Shown here: positions 49,043-61,795 of the stretch, one piece after another
Numbering within the stretch: the first letter of the stretch is position 1
Layout of the letters: each line of letters starts with the position of its first letter
Assembly (NCBI RefSeq): GCF_963921235.1
Contig: NC_086097.1
Span: forward strand, 61,320,001-61,384,000
Source of the DNA: Mobula hypostoma
Lineage: Eukaryota
DNA length: 64,000 nt
Reading direction: 5' to 3'
Made by a program: the position numbers and the translations under genes
The notes under the pieces: model-generated
What the model was told of the DNA's origin: nothing
Databases searched by the model: none
Seen by the model: only the letters and a program-made list of their open reading frames with translations

Positions 49043-49701
49043 CCAGTAAACTATGAAATGACAGTTTATTAGAGTGCTGACACCCTCGAAGTTCCACTTA
49101 ATGCTGACAATGGCTGCATGCACCAGTGTTCTCATAGATCAGTTCCTTAAGGTTGTCGTAGCCAGGGGACGTAGTGGGGATAAGCTCCCACTACCTATTA
49201 AATGCTGTTAATGGTGTATATCTCAAATAGACTCTGACAACCAAATCTAGCTCCTGGCCTTTCTGTGTGGCTTAGCTACTAAGCCTGCTGGAACCGTTTC
49301 TACTGACAGGAGAAGGAGCAAAGACAGGTTATTGCTGCCTTAAATCCATTCACTTTGGGCAGATGGGGCTTACCCGGTAAACTATGAAATGACAGTTTAT
49401 TAGAGTACTGACACCCTCGAAGTTTCACTTAATGCTGACAATGGCTGTATGCACTAGTGTTCTCATAGGTCAGTTCCCTAAGGTTGTCATAGCCAGGGGA
49501 TGTAGTGGAGATAAGCTCCCACTGCCTATTAAATGCTGTTAATGGTGTGTATCTCAAATAGACTCTGACAACCAAATCCAGCTCCTGGACTTTCTGTGTG
49601 GTTTAGCTACTAAGCCTGGCAGAGCCATTTCTACTGCCAGGGGAAGGATCAAAGGCAACTTACTGTTGCCTTAAAACCAGTCGCTTTTCACAAATGGGGC
49701 T
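49043..49701 (+). repeat. About 331-bp tandem duplication
   Basis: CCAGTAAACTATGAAATGACAG at 49043 recurs as CCGGTAAACTATGAAATGACAG at 49374. The units end in ATGGGGCT at 49370 and 49701. Confidence 0.92.
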
Positions 49702-50760
49702 CATCCGCCATGACTGGCAGCTCATCGAGGAAAAGGAAAACTCTGATCTCAGACCCCCACTGCCTTGCAGCTATACCCACTCATGGGGAAGTCTTCAGGA
49801 GTAAACCCTGAGGAAAATCTGGAGATGGAGTCTCTAAGGCCGTCCTACATTGAGTTTTTTTTAGATTAGATTATGAGGACATGCAGTCCTCGTTTATTGT
49901 CATTTAATAATGCATGCATTAAGAAATGATGCAATGTTCCTCCAGCATGATGCCACAGAAACACAGTACAGACCAAGACTAAAAAAAACTGACAAAAACC
50001 ACATAATTATAACATATAGTTACAACAGTGCAAAGCAATACCATAATCTGATAAAGAACAGATCATGGGCACGGTAAAAAAAAGTCTCAAAGTCTCGAAA
50101 GTCCCATCATCTCACGTAGACGGTAGAAGAAAGAAAACTCTCCCTGCCATGAACCTCCAGTGCTGCAAACTTGCCGATGCAGCACCCTGGAAGCACCCGA
50201 CCACAGCTGACTCTTGAGTCTGTCCGAAAACTTCGAGCCTCCGACCAGCCCTCCGACACCGAGCACCAAGCACCATCTCTGCCGAGCGCTTCAACCCCGG
50301 CACCGGCCGCCGAGCCACTGGAAAAGCCGAGGATTCGGGGCCTTCCCCTCTGGAGATTCTCTGTCGCACAGTAGCAGCGGCAGCGAAGTGGGCATTTCAG
50401 AAGTTTCTCCAGATGTTCCTCCGTGCTTCTCACATCTGTCTTCATCAAATCAGGATTGTGCACAGCATCCTACTTGACAAATACATGTATCATTCACTGG
50501 AGAGGCCGCACGTGCTGTATTGCGTCACCATCTTCCCCTCCAGAGTTTGACGTTGTTCGGCAAATTCTGTGATGTTGCTGGTGCCAAACTGTACCAGTCT
50601 CTGCCTTTCCTTTGGATTCATCAGCTGCTTGGAGAAGGGGAACCTGCTGCATGGGCAACATCTTGCTCTCTGTTTCATACTGCCCTGGCCTGTGTATTGG
50701 CTTGCATATCTCATAGACAACTAAGACGTAATATCCATAGTTGACCCCTACCAACAGAGA
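49160..50760 (+). mobile_element. Non-coding interspersed repeat (probably RTE 5'UTR-derived), partly duplicated and split by an insertion
   Basis: Hairpin-rich sequence that continues across the 49861-50541 insertion. The RTE assignment is from recalled similarity only. Confidence 0.45.
49861..50541 (-). mobile_element. Non-autonomous retroposon, copy 2
   Basis: Similar to 580-1208. Possible TSD GAGTTT at 49852-49857 and 50543-50548. Confidence 0.8.
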
Positions 50761-52769
50761 TGTCTGATAAATCTGGCATAATTTCCATGCCAGAGGGCTC
50801 ATTGTGCACAGAACTGTACAAAAACCAGTGGACATTTCTAATAATTAAAGACCTTGTGTTTCTTGACATGGTTATCAGGCAGGCTAGCTAATGCCCATTA
50901 ACGAGCAGTTAGGTGCTGTTTTCTCAAAGACCTTTGGAGCAGAACTCATACCCTGCAGGATGCTGGTTAGGAACCTAACCTTAGATTCTTTTCATGGTTC
51001 CCACTACTTATATCTGGTGACACACATCCAAAGTGCCCTATACTCTATCTGGAGTTCCAATAAGTAAGCTGATAGCTGTGAGAGTCAGATCAGGACTTGG
51101 GAGTCTTTTCCTAGTGCTGTAGCCTTCTGCTGGCCAGGTAAAAGATGCGGCCAGTTTAAAAGAGAAAGGCAGTAGATAAGGTGACGTTGCAGTGAAGTAG
51201 AAGGTGCCTCCTTCTTTTTCTTACTTCACACATCAGAGAGATTGGAGAATGAGAGGGAGCTGAGCAGTGCAAGTGTATTTGTGGACACTGTCATCCTAAA
51301 AGATCTCCACACTGCTGTCTATTAACACTTTGCAGCAGCTCCAACAACGTTTGCATTCTCCCCTCTAAGTTGCTGAATTCTATACACTTCTACACACTTC
51401 CTGGCTCCTTGTCCCATGTGAAATGGGTAAAATGGTACATTGTTCCAGGCGACAAAGCTTTTAGTGTGCGTAAGTTGCGAGGTATGCTTGTGAATATCAG
51501 AGCATATAAGAGTGTGATGGGCCAAATGAATACTTGAGTGAAGAAGTGATTATAGAGACTGTTACATCAGTGATAGTAATGTAAGTTGTGAAGAAGCACT
51601 TGAGCTAAGTAAGCAGTAGTTGGGGATTGTATTTGCTTGTTGCCTTCACTGACTTTGACCACACATGAGATCGTTAAGCTTTGGAGTCACTGTATCAAAA
51701 ACCTGAATGCCCCTCCCTTGACCTAAATAGCAACCTCCTGCCTCTGATACTCCCTTAGAATCTGAGTAGCTTCCTTGGACTCCAGAGAATTCCATTTTTT
51801 CCTCCATATCATTTTGTTCATCTGTGCAGAGGCATGACTCACTCCAGCTTCTACAAACCCTTCAATCGGCCTCAGTAGTAACTGAATACTATGATTTTCC
51901 CTATAAAATGCATTTTAATCAGCTCTAGTTAGCTTTAGCTGTCGATGCAGACTTCTGAAAATTACAGCTCTTTAATATGCATTAAAGTGAGCAGAAGTCT
52001 GATTGGAATGAGCTGATTGCTTTAATCATAATAAACAGGCCAGATCAAGCCTTTTCAGTACAAGAATAAACTGGGATTTATTAGTTTCACAACACAATTC
52101 TGGTGTAAATTTTCCAGAACAATTGAAATTCTTCTCCATTAAGATGAAACAAATAAAGAGCGATTGAAGCAGTTCATCAGAAGCAAACCACTTTGGAAAC
52201 CACAGCAATAATCTAGGCCAATTCCCTCTACTTCCTATGGCCAGCAGGTTAAAACTTTGCCATTTGTACAACATACAGTGTAGAAAGTCACATCTGGTAG
52301 TTGGCAAGATCATCAGCAAACTTAATTGTTATGTATTTGGCTCTTTCCCACTGGGACTCCAATTTTGGGCAAAGGGTAGATCAAAATAAGATTGGTGCCA
52401 GTTTCTGGTTCATTTAAACATGTTCCTTCTAAACAACAGAACATGCATATTCAATAACATTATACTATGGCATGGACTCAATGTTGACTGTTAAGATTCC
52501 AAGTTGAAATTCTTAAAAGGTCTGACTGTGGGCAGATTTTCAGTTATAAATTACATTTCAACTACATACCCAGCTGAGCCTCAATGAAAGATTTGGAAAA
52601 TTGTGCAGAGATTTAGTGTGAGTTGAACATTAAAGGTAGAACTGGCTAACTCATTCAAATTTACCGCATTGCACTGATCTTTCTATATGATACCATTGGC
52701 TAGCCCCATTTCTAAAATTTTTTTATGAGTGGAATTTCTCCTACATTTGATTTGAGTAGTTAAGAGTGG

Positions 52770-53032
52770 ACCCGGTTGGTGGCGTAGTGGCATCAGTGCC
52801 GGACTTCAGGATGAAAGGTCCCGAGTTCGAATCCAGCTGGATCCCCTGCAAGCTTTCCATCTGTGCTGGGTTACGAGCTGGTGATCTCTTTGGAAACTCA
52901 CCCGGCAGAAGGTAATGGCAAACCACTGCTGTAACTTGCCTCGTACGCGGTTCCCCACTACGTCGGAGAGGCGTGGAGGGAAATCGTCCACTAACTGGAG
53001 AAACTCTGGATGCGACGTACCTTTCCTTTTTT
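52770..53032 (+). mobile_element. tRNA-derived SINE with RTE-like 3' part
   Basis: A box TGGCGTAGTGG (52780-52790) and B box GAGTTCGAATCC (52823-52834). GAAGGTAATGGCAAACCACT resembles RTE/BovB 3' ends. 13-bp TSD TAGTTAA(G/A)AGTGG. Confidence 0.88.
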
Positions 53033-53487
53033 TAGTTAAAAGTGGTTGTAGACAGTGTTGATTGGCTCTGTATCTATATCTGAACTCAGTTTTAAGGGTT
53101 AGTCCAACCACCCTCCTTTATTTTGGTTGAATAAGACTCACAAACTAAGCTAAACTTGTTGAGACTCTCATGCTCAGTTCCTCGCTCCATTTGTGAGTCA
53201 ACATGGGGGTTAGTTCCCCAGGATGGCAGAACTTAACACAGTAATTGCAAACGTCTTAAAAAAGACAGTAATAAGTTGTACGCAGAATCTGATCTCCCCT
53301 TTCACCGTGTTGTTTGAAATAAATAAATGTAGCAGGTAAATAGACAGTATAGACAAATTTGTTAAAGAAATTCAGAAGTATTCAGTTATTTTAAAAGACT
53401 TCCTGTATTGAATACCAGTTGATATTGTCATAGGTGTGTTACTTCTAATTGTTTGAGTTGTCAGCTTGTCCATTTGAATGACTTCAC

Positions 53488-55240
53488 TTCAAAGTTCAAA
53501 TTAAATTTATTATCAAAGAATATATATGTCACCATATGCAACCTTGAGATTCATTTTCTTATCGGCAATCACAGAAAGTATAAAAAAACACGATTGAATC
53601 AATGAAAAACCATACATAAAGACAGACCAACAACCAATGTGCAAAGGACAACACACTGTACAAATACAAAGAGAAAATAGAGACAAAGTAATAACAATAA
53701 TAATAATAATGATGAATAAGCAATAAATATCGAGAAGATGAGATGAAGAGTCCTTGAAAGTGAGTCCATGCATTGTGGGATCAGTTCAGTGTGGGGCAAG
53801 TGAAGATGAGTGAAGTTGTCCCCTCCGATTCAAGAGCCTAATGTCTGAGGAGGAATAAATGTTCCTGAACCTAGTAGTGTGGCTCCTGAAGCTCTTTCCT
53901 GATGGCAGCAGTGAGAAGAGAGTGTGGCCTGGATGCTGAGGGTCATTGGTGACGGACACTGCTTTCCTGCAACAATGCTCCATGTAGATGTGCTCAGTGG
54001 AGAGGAAGACTATACCCATGATGGACTTGGCTGCATTCAGTTCTTTTTGTAGGCTTTTCCATTCAAGGGCATTGGTGTTTCCATAATGCAACCAGTCACC
54101 ACACATCTGTAGAAGTCTGTCAAACTTTTAGATGCCATGCCAAATCTTCACAAACTTCTAAGAAAGTAGAGGCACTGCCATACGTTCTTTGTAATGGCAT
54201 TTACAAAGGATGTATGTCATCGGATAAAGCCTCTGAAATGATAATGACAAAGAATTTAAATTTGCTGACTCTCTCCACCTGTTATCTGCTGATGAGGACT
54301 GGCTCATGTATCTTCTGTTTCCTCCTCCTGTAGTCAATAATCAGCTCTTTGCTTATGCTGGCATTGCGTGAGAGGTTGTTGTTGTGGCACCATTCAGCAG
54401 ATTTTTAGTCTCCCTCCTATATGCTGATTTATTACAACCTTTGATTCAGCCAAAGGCACTGGTGTGTCAGCAAAATTATATATGGCATTGGGGCTGTGCT
54501 AAGCCACATAGTCATAGAGTAGAGGAGGGAGCTAAGCACACAACCTTGTAATACACCAGTGCTGATGGTGATTGTGGAGGAATGTTGCTGCCAATTGCAA
54601 CCGCTCCCCAAGAATAATGTCATAACCTGCCTCAATGACTATCATCCAGTAGCACTTACATTCAGTGTGATGGAGTGCTTTGAGAGATTGGTGATGAAAC
54701 ATATCAACTCCTGCCTGAGGAGAAACTTCTCAAAAATGCCTATCTTCACAACAGATCAGCAGCACATACCATTTCATTGGCTCTTCACTGAACCCCAGAA
54801 CATCTGGACACTGAAGATGCATATATCAGGATGATCTTCATTGACTACAGCTCTCTCAAAGCTGTTCAATAAGTTCCAAGACCTAGGCCTCAGTACCTCC
54901 TTGTGCAACTAGATCCTTGATTTCCTCACTTGCAGACCTCAGTCCTGCTATCAACAAGTGGGTACCTTGGACTGTCAAAGTGAGAGGTTAAATACATCAG
55001 TGAACACTCCAGCAGTTGATTAGCACAGATCTTCTGTAATTGGCTAGGTACATCTGGGCCTGACGCATTCCATGGGTTCACTCTCCTGAAGAATGCTCTC
55101 ACGTCGGCCTTAGAGACTGAAATCACAGGGACACTGGGGCCATGAAAGTTTGTGAAAGTGCTTCCATGTCTTGTCAGTCAGAGCAAGCATAAAATGGATT
55201 ATAGTCATTAGGAGTGAAACATTCTTGTCACACATGTTGC
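53488..55240 (-). mobile_element. Rex1-type LINE with an internal inverted segment (about 54596-54944)
   Basis: Minus-strand ORFs 53786..54106, 54432..54635 and 54926..55126 flank plus-strand ORF 54559..54834 ([17 protein letters not shown]). Confidence 0.8.
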
Positions 55241-55249
55241 TCCTATTTA

Positions 55250-55420
55250 CTTATTTATTAATTAATTTAGAGAAACAGCATGGAGCAGGCTGTTCTGGCC
55301 TTTTGAGCTATGCAGCCTAGCAACCCACTGATTTAACCCTAGTCTAAACATGAGACAAATTACAATGATCAATTACCTACTAACTGGTATGTCTTTGGAC
55401 TGTGGGAGGACAAACCCGTG
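55250..55420 (-). mobile_element. SINE fragment (V-SINE/HE1-like)
   Basis: TGTCTTTGGACTGTGGGAGG..AAACCCG core-like motif and an AT-rich (AAAT)n tail. Confidence 0.5.
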
Positions 55421-55761
55421 TGCACACAGTTGGTTCTATTTTGTGGGGGGTGATAGCATTCAAGCCCTGCCACTGTTGTTAAGCCTCCTTCTGTGATTCA
55501 AGTATGGTCTGGAATTGCCACTTAGCATCTGAGATGGTTTTCCAGATGTTGCGCCTGCACCTCATGTATTTTATTTTGTCACCAGAACTGGATGTCTTTG
55601 CTCTGGCCCTCAGCAGACTGCAGAATCAGAATCAGGTTTTATATCACTGGCATATGTCGTGAAATTTGTTGTCTTTATGACAGCATTACATTGTAATACA
55701 TAATAATAGAAAAAACTGTGAATTACAGTAAATCATAATTACAGTAAATTATAATTACAAT

Positions 55762-57095
55762 TATAAAGGATGAAATAGCAGCACATTTGGATAGCGGTAA
55801 CAGGATCGGTCCAAGTCAGCATGGATCTACAAAGCAGAAATCATGCTTGACTAATCTGGAATTTTTTGAGGATGTAACTATGAAAACAGTGGATGTATTG
55901 AATCTGGACTACCAGCAACCCTTTGATAAGGTCCCAAATAGGAGATTAGTGGGCAAAATTAGAGCACATGGTATTGGGTGTAGGGTACTGACATCGATAG
56001 AAAATTGGTTGGCATACAGGAAACAAAGAGTAGAGATTAATGGGTCCCTTTCAGAATGGCAGGCGGTGACTAGTGGGGTACCGCAAGTCTCGGTGCTGGG
56101 ACTGCAGCTATTTACAATATACATTATTGATTTAGATGAAGGGATTAAAAGTAAAATTAGCAAATATGCAGATGGCACAAAGTCGTTTGGCAGGGTGAAA
56201 TGTGCAGAGGATGTCATGATAATGCAGGATGACTTGGACAGATTGGGTGAGTGGGCAGATGCATGGCAGATGCAGTTTAATGTGGATAAATGTGAGGTTA
56301 TCCACTTTGGTCACAAGAACAGGAAAGCAGATTACTATCTAAATGGTGTCAAGTTAGGAAAAGGGGAAGTACAACGAGATCTAGGTATCCTTGTTCATCA
56401 GTCACTGAAAGTAAGCATGCAGGTACAGCAGGCAGTGAAGAAAGCTAATGGCATGTTGGCCTTCATAACAAGGGGACTTGAGTATAGGAGCAAAAAGGTC
56501 CTTCTGCAGTTGTACAGGGCCCTGGTGAGACCACACCTGGAGTATTGTGTACAGTTTTGGTCTCCAAATTTGAGGAAGGACATTCTTGCTATTTAGGGAG
56601 TGTGGCGTAGGTTCACGAGGTTAATTCCCGGGATGGCGGGACTGTCATATGTGGAGAGATTGGAGCGACTGGGCTTGTATACACTGAAACTTAGAAGGAT
56701 GAGAGGGGATCTGATTGAAACAGATAATATTATTAAGGGATTGGACACGCTACAAGCAGGAAACACATTCCTGATGTTGGGGAGTCCAGAACCAGAGGCC
56801 ACAATTTGAGAATAAGGGGTAGGCCATTTTAAGAATAGAGTTGAGGAAGAACTTTTTCACTCAGAGAGTTGTGGATCTGTGGAATTCTTTGCCTCAGAAG
56901 GCAGTGGAGGCCAATTTTCTGGATGCTTTCAAGAAAGAGTTAGATAGAGCTCTTAATGACAGCGGAGTCAAGGGATATGGGGAGAAAACAGGAACGGAGT
57001 ACTGATTGTGGATGATCAGCCATGATCACAGTGAATGGCGGTGCTGGCTCGAAGGGCCAAATTGCCAACTCCTGCACCTGTTGTCTATTGTCTAA
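55762..57095 (+). mobile_element. CR1 LINE, 5'-truncated
   Basis: ORF 55787..56596 (GVPQVSVLG, YADGTK) and 56600..56809, with a (TCTATTG)n tail. Confidence 0.93.
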
Positions 57096-57120
57096 GTATA
57101 TATAAACTAAATAAAATTAG

Positions 57121-57354
57121 TGTAAGGTGTTTCTTCTTTTATGTTACTGCGTAGGCTTATCAAAATGGCTTCTTTGTTATGTTAACTGATGAGAAAGTTC
57201 TCTCGCTAGCAGCTTGTTTGGGTTATAGAGCGAGTTGTATTCTGTTGCTAACCAATTGGGATAGATGTCATTCTTTCTTGTGTGTCCGTAAGCTATTGTG
57301 GTGCACGGGTTTTTGGGCAGACGGCACAATGAAGAGAGGGAGAGGGAGAGAGGG

Positions 57355-57386
<32 letters not shown>

Positions 57387-57391
57387 AGGGA

Positions 57392-57477
<86 letters not shown>

Positions 57478-57933
57478 AAGAACGTGATGCTGTGAGCTGG
57501 CTGACGGTCAGACCCCGAGCCAGAGTCCGAGGTCCAGGGTCTTCAGCGAGGAGAGGAGACGAAGAGAGACACGTGTGGAGCAATCTGGTCGACCACCGTG
57601 GATGGTCCCAGGCAGCAGGTTGAGGTGGTCAGAGGGGATTGAATTGTGAAAAGAGGATCGTTACTAGAGCTTCAACTGTTGTGCACGAAGAGATTGAACT
57701 TAGATAAGTTTGGCGCCTTTTACTTTCCTTTTATATTTTATCTATATTAAGTACATAGTTCCAGTAATATCTATAAATTGTAATCATTTAATAGTATATG
57801 GTGTATTGTCTGTTATTTGGTGGGGTGAGGTACAATCACACAGCATCCACACAAACTTAATTACCCAGTTTGGTGGGGACGAAGGCTGCTTCCCCCAGAG
57901 TTGAGAGACCCTGAGGCTTACTGGGGGGCTACA
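57121..57933 (+). mobile_element. Solo LTR containing a long (GA)n tract
   Basis: TGTAAG...GCTACA termini with flanks TTAG/TAAG (imperfect 4-bp TSD). It interrupts an AT-rich LINE tail. Orientation is inferred. Confidence 0.65.
57333..57480. repeat. (GA)n/(GAGAGG)n purine microsatellite
   Basis: Seen directly in the sequence. Confidence 0.97.
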
Positions 57934-57977
57934 TAAGTAATAGTTGAAAGTGAAGTAATAGTTAATTTAAATAAGTA

Positions 57978-58560
57978 CCATAGAACCATAGAAACTACAG
58001 CACAGAAACAGGCCCTTTGGCCCTTCTTGGCTGTGCCGAACCATTTTCTGCCTAGTCCCACTGATCTGCACACGGACCATATCCCTCCATACACCTCCCA
58101 TCCATGTATCTGTCCAATTTATTCTTAAATGTTAAAAAAGAACCCACATTTACCATCTCGTCTGGCAGCTCATTCCATACTGCCACCACTCTCTGTGTGA
58201 AGAAGTCCCCCCCTAATGTTCCCTTTAAACTTTTCCCCCCTCACCCTTAACCCATGTCCTCTGGTTTTTTTCTCCCCTTGCCTCAGTAGAAAAAGCCTGC
58301 TTGCATTCACTCTATCTATACCCATCATAATTTTATATACCTCTATCAAATCTCCCCTCATTCTTCTACGCTCCAGGGAATAAAGTCCTAACCTATTCAA
58401 CCTTTCTCTGTAACTGAGTTTCTCAAGTCCCGGCAACATCCTTGTAAACCTTCTCTGCACTCTTTCAACCTTATTTATATCTTTCCTGTAATTTGGTGAC
58501 CAAAACTGAACACAATACTCCAGATTCGGCCTCACCAATGCCTTATACAACCTCATCATG
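57978..58560 (-). mobile_element. CR1 LINE 3' fragment
   Basis: ORF 58170..58598 reads LYKALVRPNLEYCVQFWSP..RRMRGDLIEVYK. Confidence 0.92.
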
Positions 58561-58564
58561 ACAG

Positions 58565-59095
58565 GTAGTGCAAAAATAAAAATTTTTGAAAAAAACAAGG
58601 ACTGAGATAGTGTTCATTGGTTCAGTGTCTATTCAGAAACTGGAAGGCAAAGGCAAAGAAACTGTTTCTGATTGCTATATGTGTGTCTTTAGGCTTCTGT
58701 ACCTCCCTCCTAATAGTAGCAATAAGAACATGGCATGGCCTGGGTGGTGGGGTCCTTAATGATGAATGCTGCTTTTCTGAGGCATAGCTTTTTTGAAGAT
58801 ATCCTGTACACTATGGAGGCTAGTGCCCATGATGGATCCAACTAAGTTTACAACTCTCTGCAGCTTATCCTGCGCAGTAGCCCCCAACCCTTCCATACCA
58901 GATGGTGACACCGCCATTTAGATCTCTTGGTTCATCCAGGCTTTTGGTTGTGGAAGTCTCTGAATGATTTTGTGAGCACACGCTCATCCACAACAGACTT
59001 GATAAAGTCCATGACAACCGTGGCGTATTCGTTCATATCCTCTGCATCCTTGAACATGGCCCAGTCCACTGACTCGAAGCATTTCTGTAGCACTT
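58565..59095 (-). mobile_element. Rex1-type LINE fragments
   Basis: Similar to 28080-28330 and 30880-31050. Confidence 0.65.
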
Positions 59096-60376
59096 TTACT
59101 AGCATCTATTTATTCAGAACTAGCTTTGCAGCCATCTGTCAGAAGAGAGGGCAGAAATGCTCAGAGAGTTTTATTGGCATTTTTGAAACTGAAAGAAGAT
59201 GTGAGAATGATTGACATCACAACCAGCTTCCATACTAGAAGTGATGAATGAGTTGCCCTCTTGCACATCTCAGCAGCATGGATTTTGCACACATCTCTGC
59301 AGCTCCAGCCTAACATTTTATCAATCCAACTATTCCTACCCAGCCATTTCATCAAAGACCTGATTTTGCCAGTGCCATCTCATTAAGTATGAGCTGCTGA
59401 CAGCTTTCACCACAGGACAAGTTATTCTGTGGCTGTGCATCATTACACTGACATTTTATGCCCACATTCTTCCAATCCACCAGCAGTCACTTGTACTAAA
59501 TCAGTCAGTCAACTGCCCTCAGGTGTAGCAAACGGGCAACAGAAACTTAGTTTGCTGGGGCCATCATGCCTAGTGCTTAATTCTACTAAAAGGAGTCATT
59601 AGCCTGAAGGTAACAGCAGGATTTCCAAAACTCCCAGACACTTTACACATGCACACCACCTACTCAATTCTTAATGCAATTGAGATCAAATTGGATTACC
59701 ACTTCAAACTCATTTACTGCATTCTCAAGGACCCCTTTAACTGATTGACAGAGGATTAGTATAAATGGATGGTTGGCAGTTGTCGTGGACTCGATGGGCC
59801 AGAGGGCCTGTTTCTGTGAAGTGCCTGTCAATAGCTATGACTCAATGCTGACGTTCGCTAAATTTAGTAAAAAAGACAATGTAAAATGCTGTGAATTTCT
59901 GACTGAAGGACTGGAATGTGTTTTTCAGATCTGAAGACTCCGGTGGCAGCTGGAGAGAAGACTTAAAAGGTAGATTTAGATGGCCCTCTGCCATGTGCAT
60001 AATAAAATATTTCTTCCAAATCAAGAGGGACACATACTTGAGCACTTATTTTACATCATGCAATTTTACTCTTGTTTGGCTTCAAGAGATAAATTCAGCA
60101 GAGTGTTATGCAACTGGCAAATCTGAAGCCAGCGACCTTCACCGGTTTAGTCTGTATCACACAAGGGCTGGAAATAAAGCAAAAAACTACATGGAATACT
60201 CAGCAAGTCAAGCAGCTCTGAGGAGAGGGGATGCAGGTAATATCTCAGATTAATAAATCAATAATGCAATTTCTTGCGCAAACACAAGGAAATCTGCAGA
60301 TGCTAGAAATTCAAGCAACACACACAAAAATGGCTGGTGAATGCAGCAGGCCAGGCAGCATCTATAGGAAGGGATA

Positions 60377-60412
60377 CAGTCAACGTTTCAGGCCGAGACC
60401 CTTCGTCAAGAC
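60377..60412 (-). ncRNA. Minimal hammerhead ribozyme motif (C3>U variant)
   Basis: The minus strand reads GTC-TTGACGA-AGGGTCTCGGCCT-GAAA-CGTT-GACTG. Confidence 0.6.
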
Positions 60413-60751
60413 AAATTGAAAGAAGAGATAGTAAGAGATTTGAAAGTGGGAGGGGGAGGGGGAGAGGTCCAAAATGATAGGAGAAGACAGGAGGTGGAGC
60501 TAAGAGCTGGAAAGATATTTGGCAAATGGGTTACGAAGCTGGAGAAGGATTGAGAATCATGGGGCAGGGAGCCTAGGGAGAAAGGAAGGGGGAAAGCCCA
60601 GAGGATGGGCAAGGGGTATAGTGAGGGGGACAGAGGGAGAAAAAAAGAGGGAAAAAAGGGGGGAAATAATAGATAGATAGATAAATAAATATGTGTGTGT
60701 GTATATATATATATATACATAAAGGATGGGGTATGAAGGGGAGGTGAGGCA

Positions 60752-61795
60752 TTAACGGAAGTTAGAGAAGTCAATGTTCATGCTATCAGGTTGGAGGCTA
60801 CCCAGACAAAATATAAGGTGTTGTTCCTCCATCCTGAGTGTGGCTTCATCTGGACAGTAGAGGAGGCCGTGGATAGACATATCAGAATGGGAATGGGATG
60901 TAGCGTAGGGAGCGATCCCTGCGGAAAGCAGAGAGGGGGAGGAGGGAAAGATGTGCTTAGTGGTGGGATCCCGTTCGAGGTGGCAGAAGTTACGGAGAAT
61001 TATACGTTGGACCCAAAGGCTGGTGGGGTGGTAGGTGAGGACAAGGAGATCCCTATTCCCAGTGGGGTGGCGGGAGGATGGGGTGAGAGCAGATGTGCAT
61101 GAAATGGGAGAGATGCGTTTAAGAGCAGAGTTGATAGTGGAGGAAGGGAAGCCCCTTTCTTTAAAAAAGGAAGACATCTCCTTTGTCCTGGAATGAAAGG
61201 CCTCATCCTGAGAGCAGATGGGGCAGAGACGGAGGAATTGCGAGAAGGGAATGGCATTTTTGCAAGAGACAGGGTGAGAAGAGGAATAGTCCAGATAGCT
61301 GTGAGAGTCAGTAGGCTCATAGTAGACATCAGTGGATAAGCTGTCTCCAGAGATAGAGACAGAAAGATTAAGAAAGGGGAGGGAGGTGTTGGAAATGGAC
61401 CAGGTAAACTGGAGGGCAAGGTGAAAGTTGGAGGCAAAGTTAATGACATCAATGAGCTCAGCATGCGTGCAGGAAGCAGCGCCAATGCAGTCATTGATAT
61501 AGTGAAGGAAAAGTTGGGGACAGATACCAGTATAGGCTTGGAACATGGATTGTTCGACAAAGCCAACAAAAGGGCAGGCATATCTGGGACCCATATGGGT
61601 GCCCATGGCTACACATTTAGTTTGGAGGAAGCGGGAGGAGCCAAAGGAGCAATTATTAAGAGTAAGGACTAATCCTGCTTGACGGAGGAGAATGGTGGTA
61701 GAGGGGAACTGGTTAGGCCTGGAATCCAAAAAGAAGCGGAAAGCTTTGAGACCTTCCTGGTGTGGGATGGTGGTATATAGGGACTGGACATCCAT
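60752..61795 (-). pseudogene. Penelope reverse transcriptase (YIDD>YIND) fused to the GIY-YIG C-terminal tail
   Basis: MDVQSLYT, VAMGTHMGP, FLHYINDC, LPFL and EEQHLIFCLGSLQP motifs. Confidence 0.88.

Noticed and set aside
52770..52845. tRNA gene
   Set aside because: No clean cloverleaf or acceptor stem, and it is followed by a SINE body, tail and TSD.
57179..57583. ORFs with RE/SL dipeptide repeats
   Set aside because: Translations of the (GA)n microsatellite.
59929..59969. Possible 41-nt exon (TTTTTCAG|..|GTAGAT) reading SEDSGGSW, like an Asp-box
   Set aside because: Weak donor, a very short motif match and no partner exons; consistent with chance.
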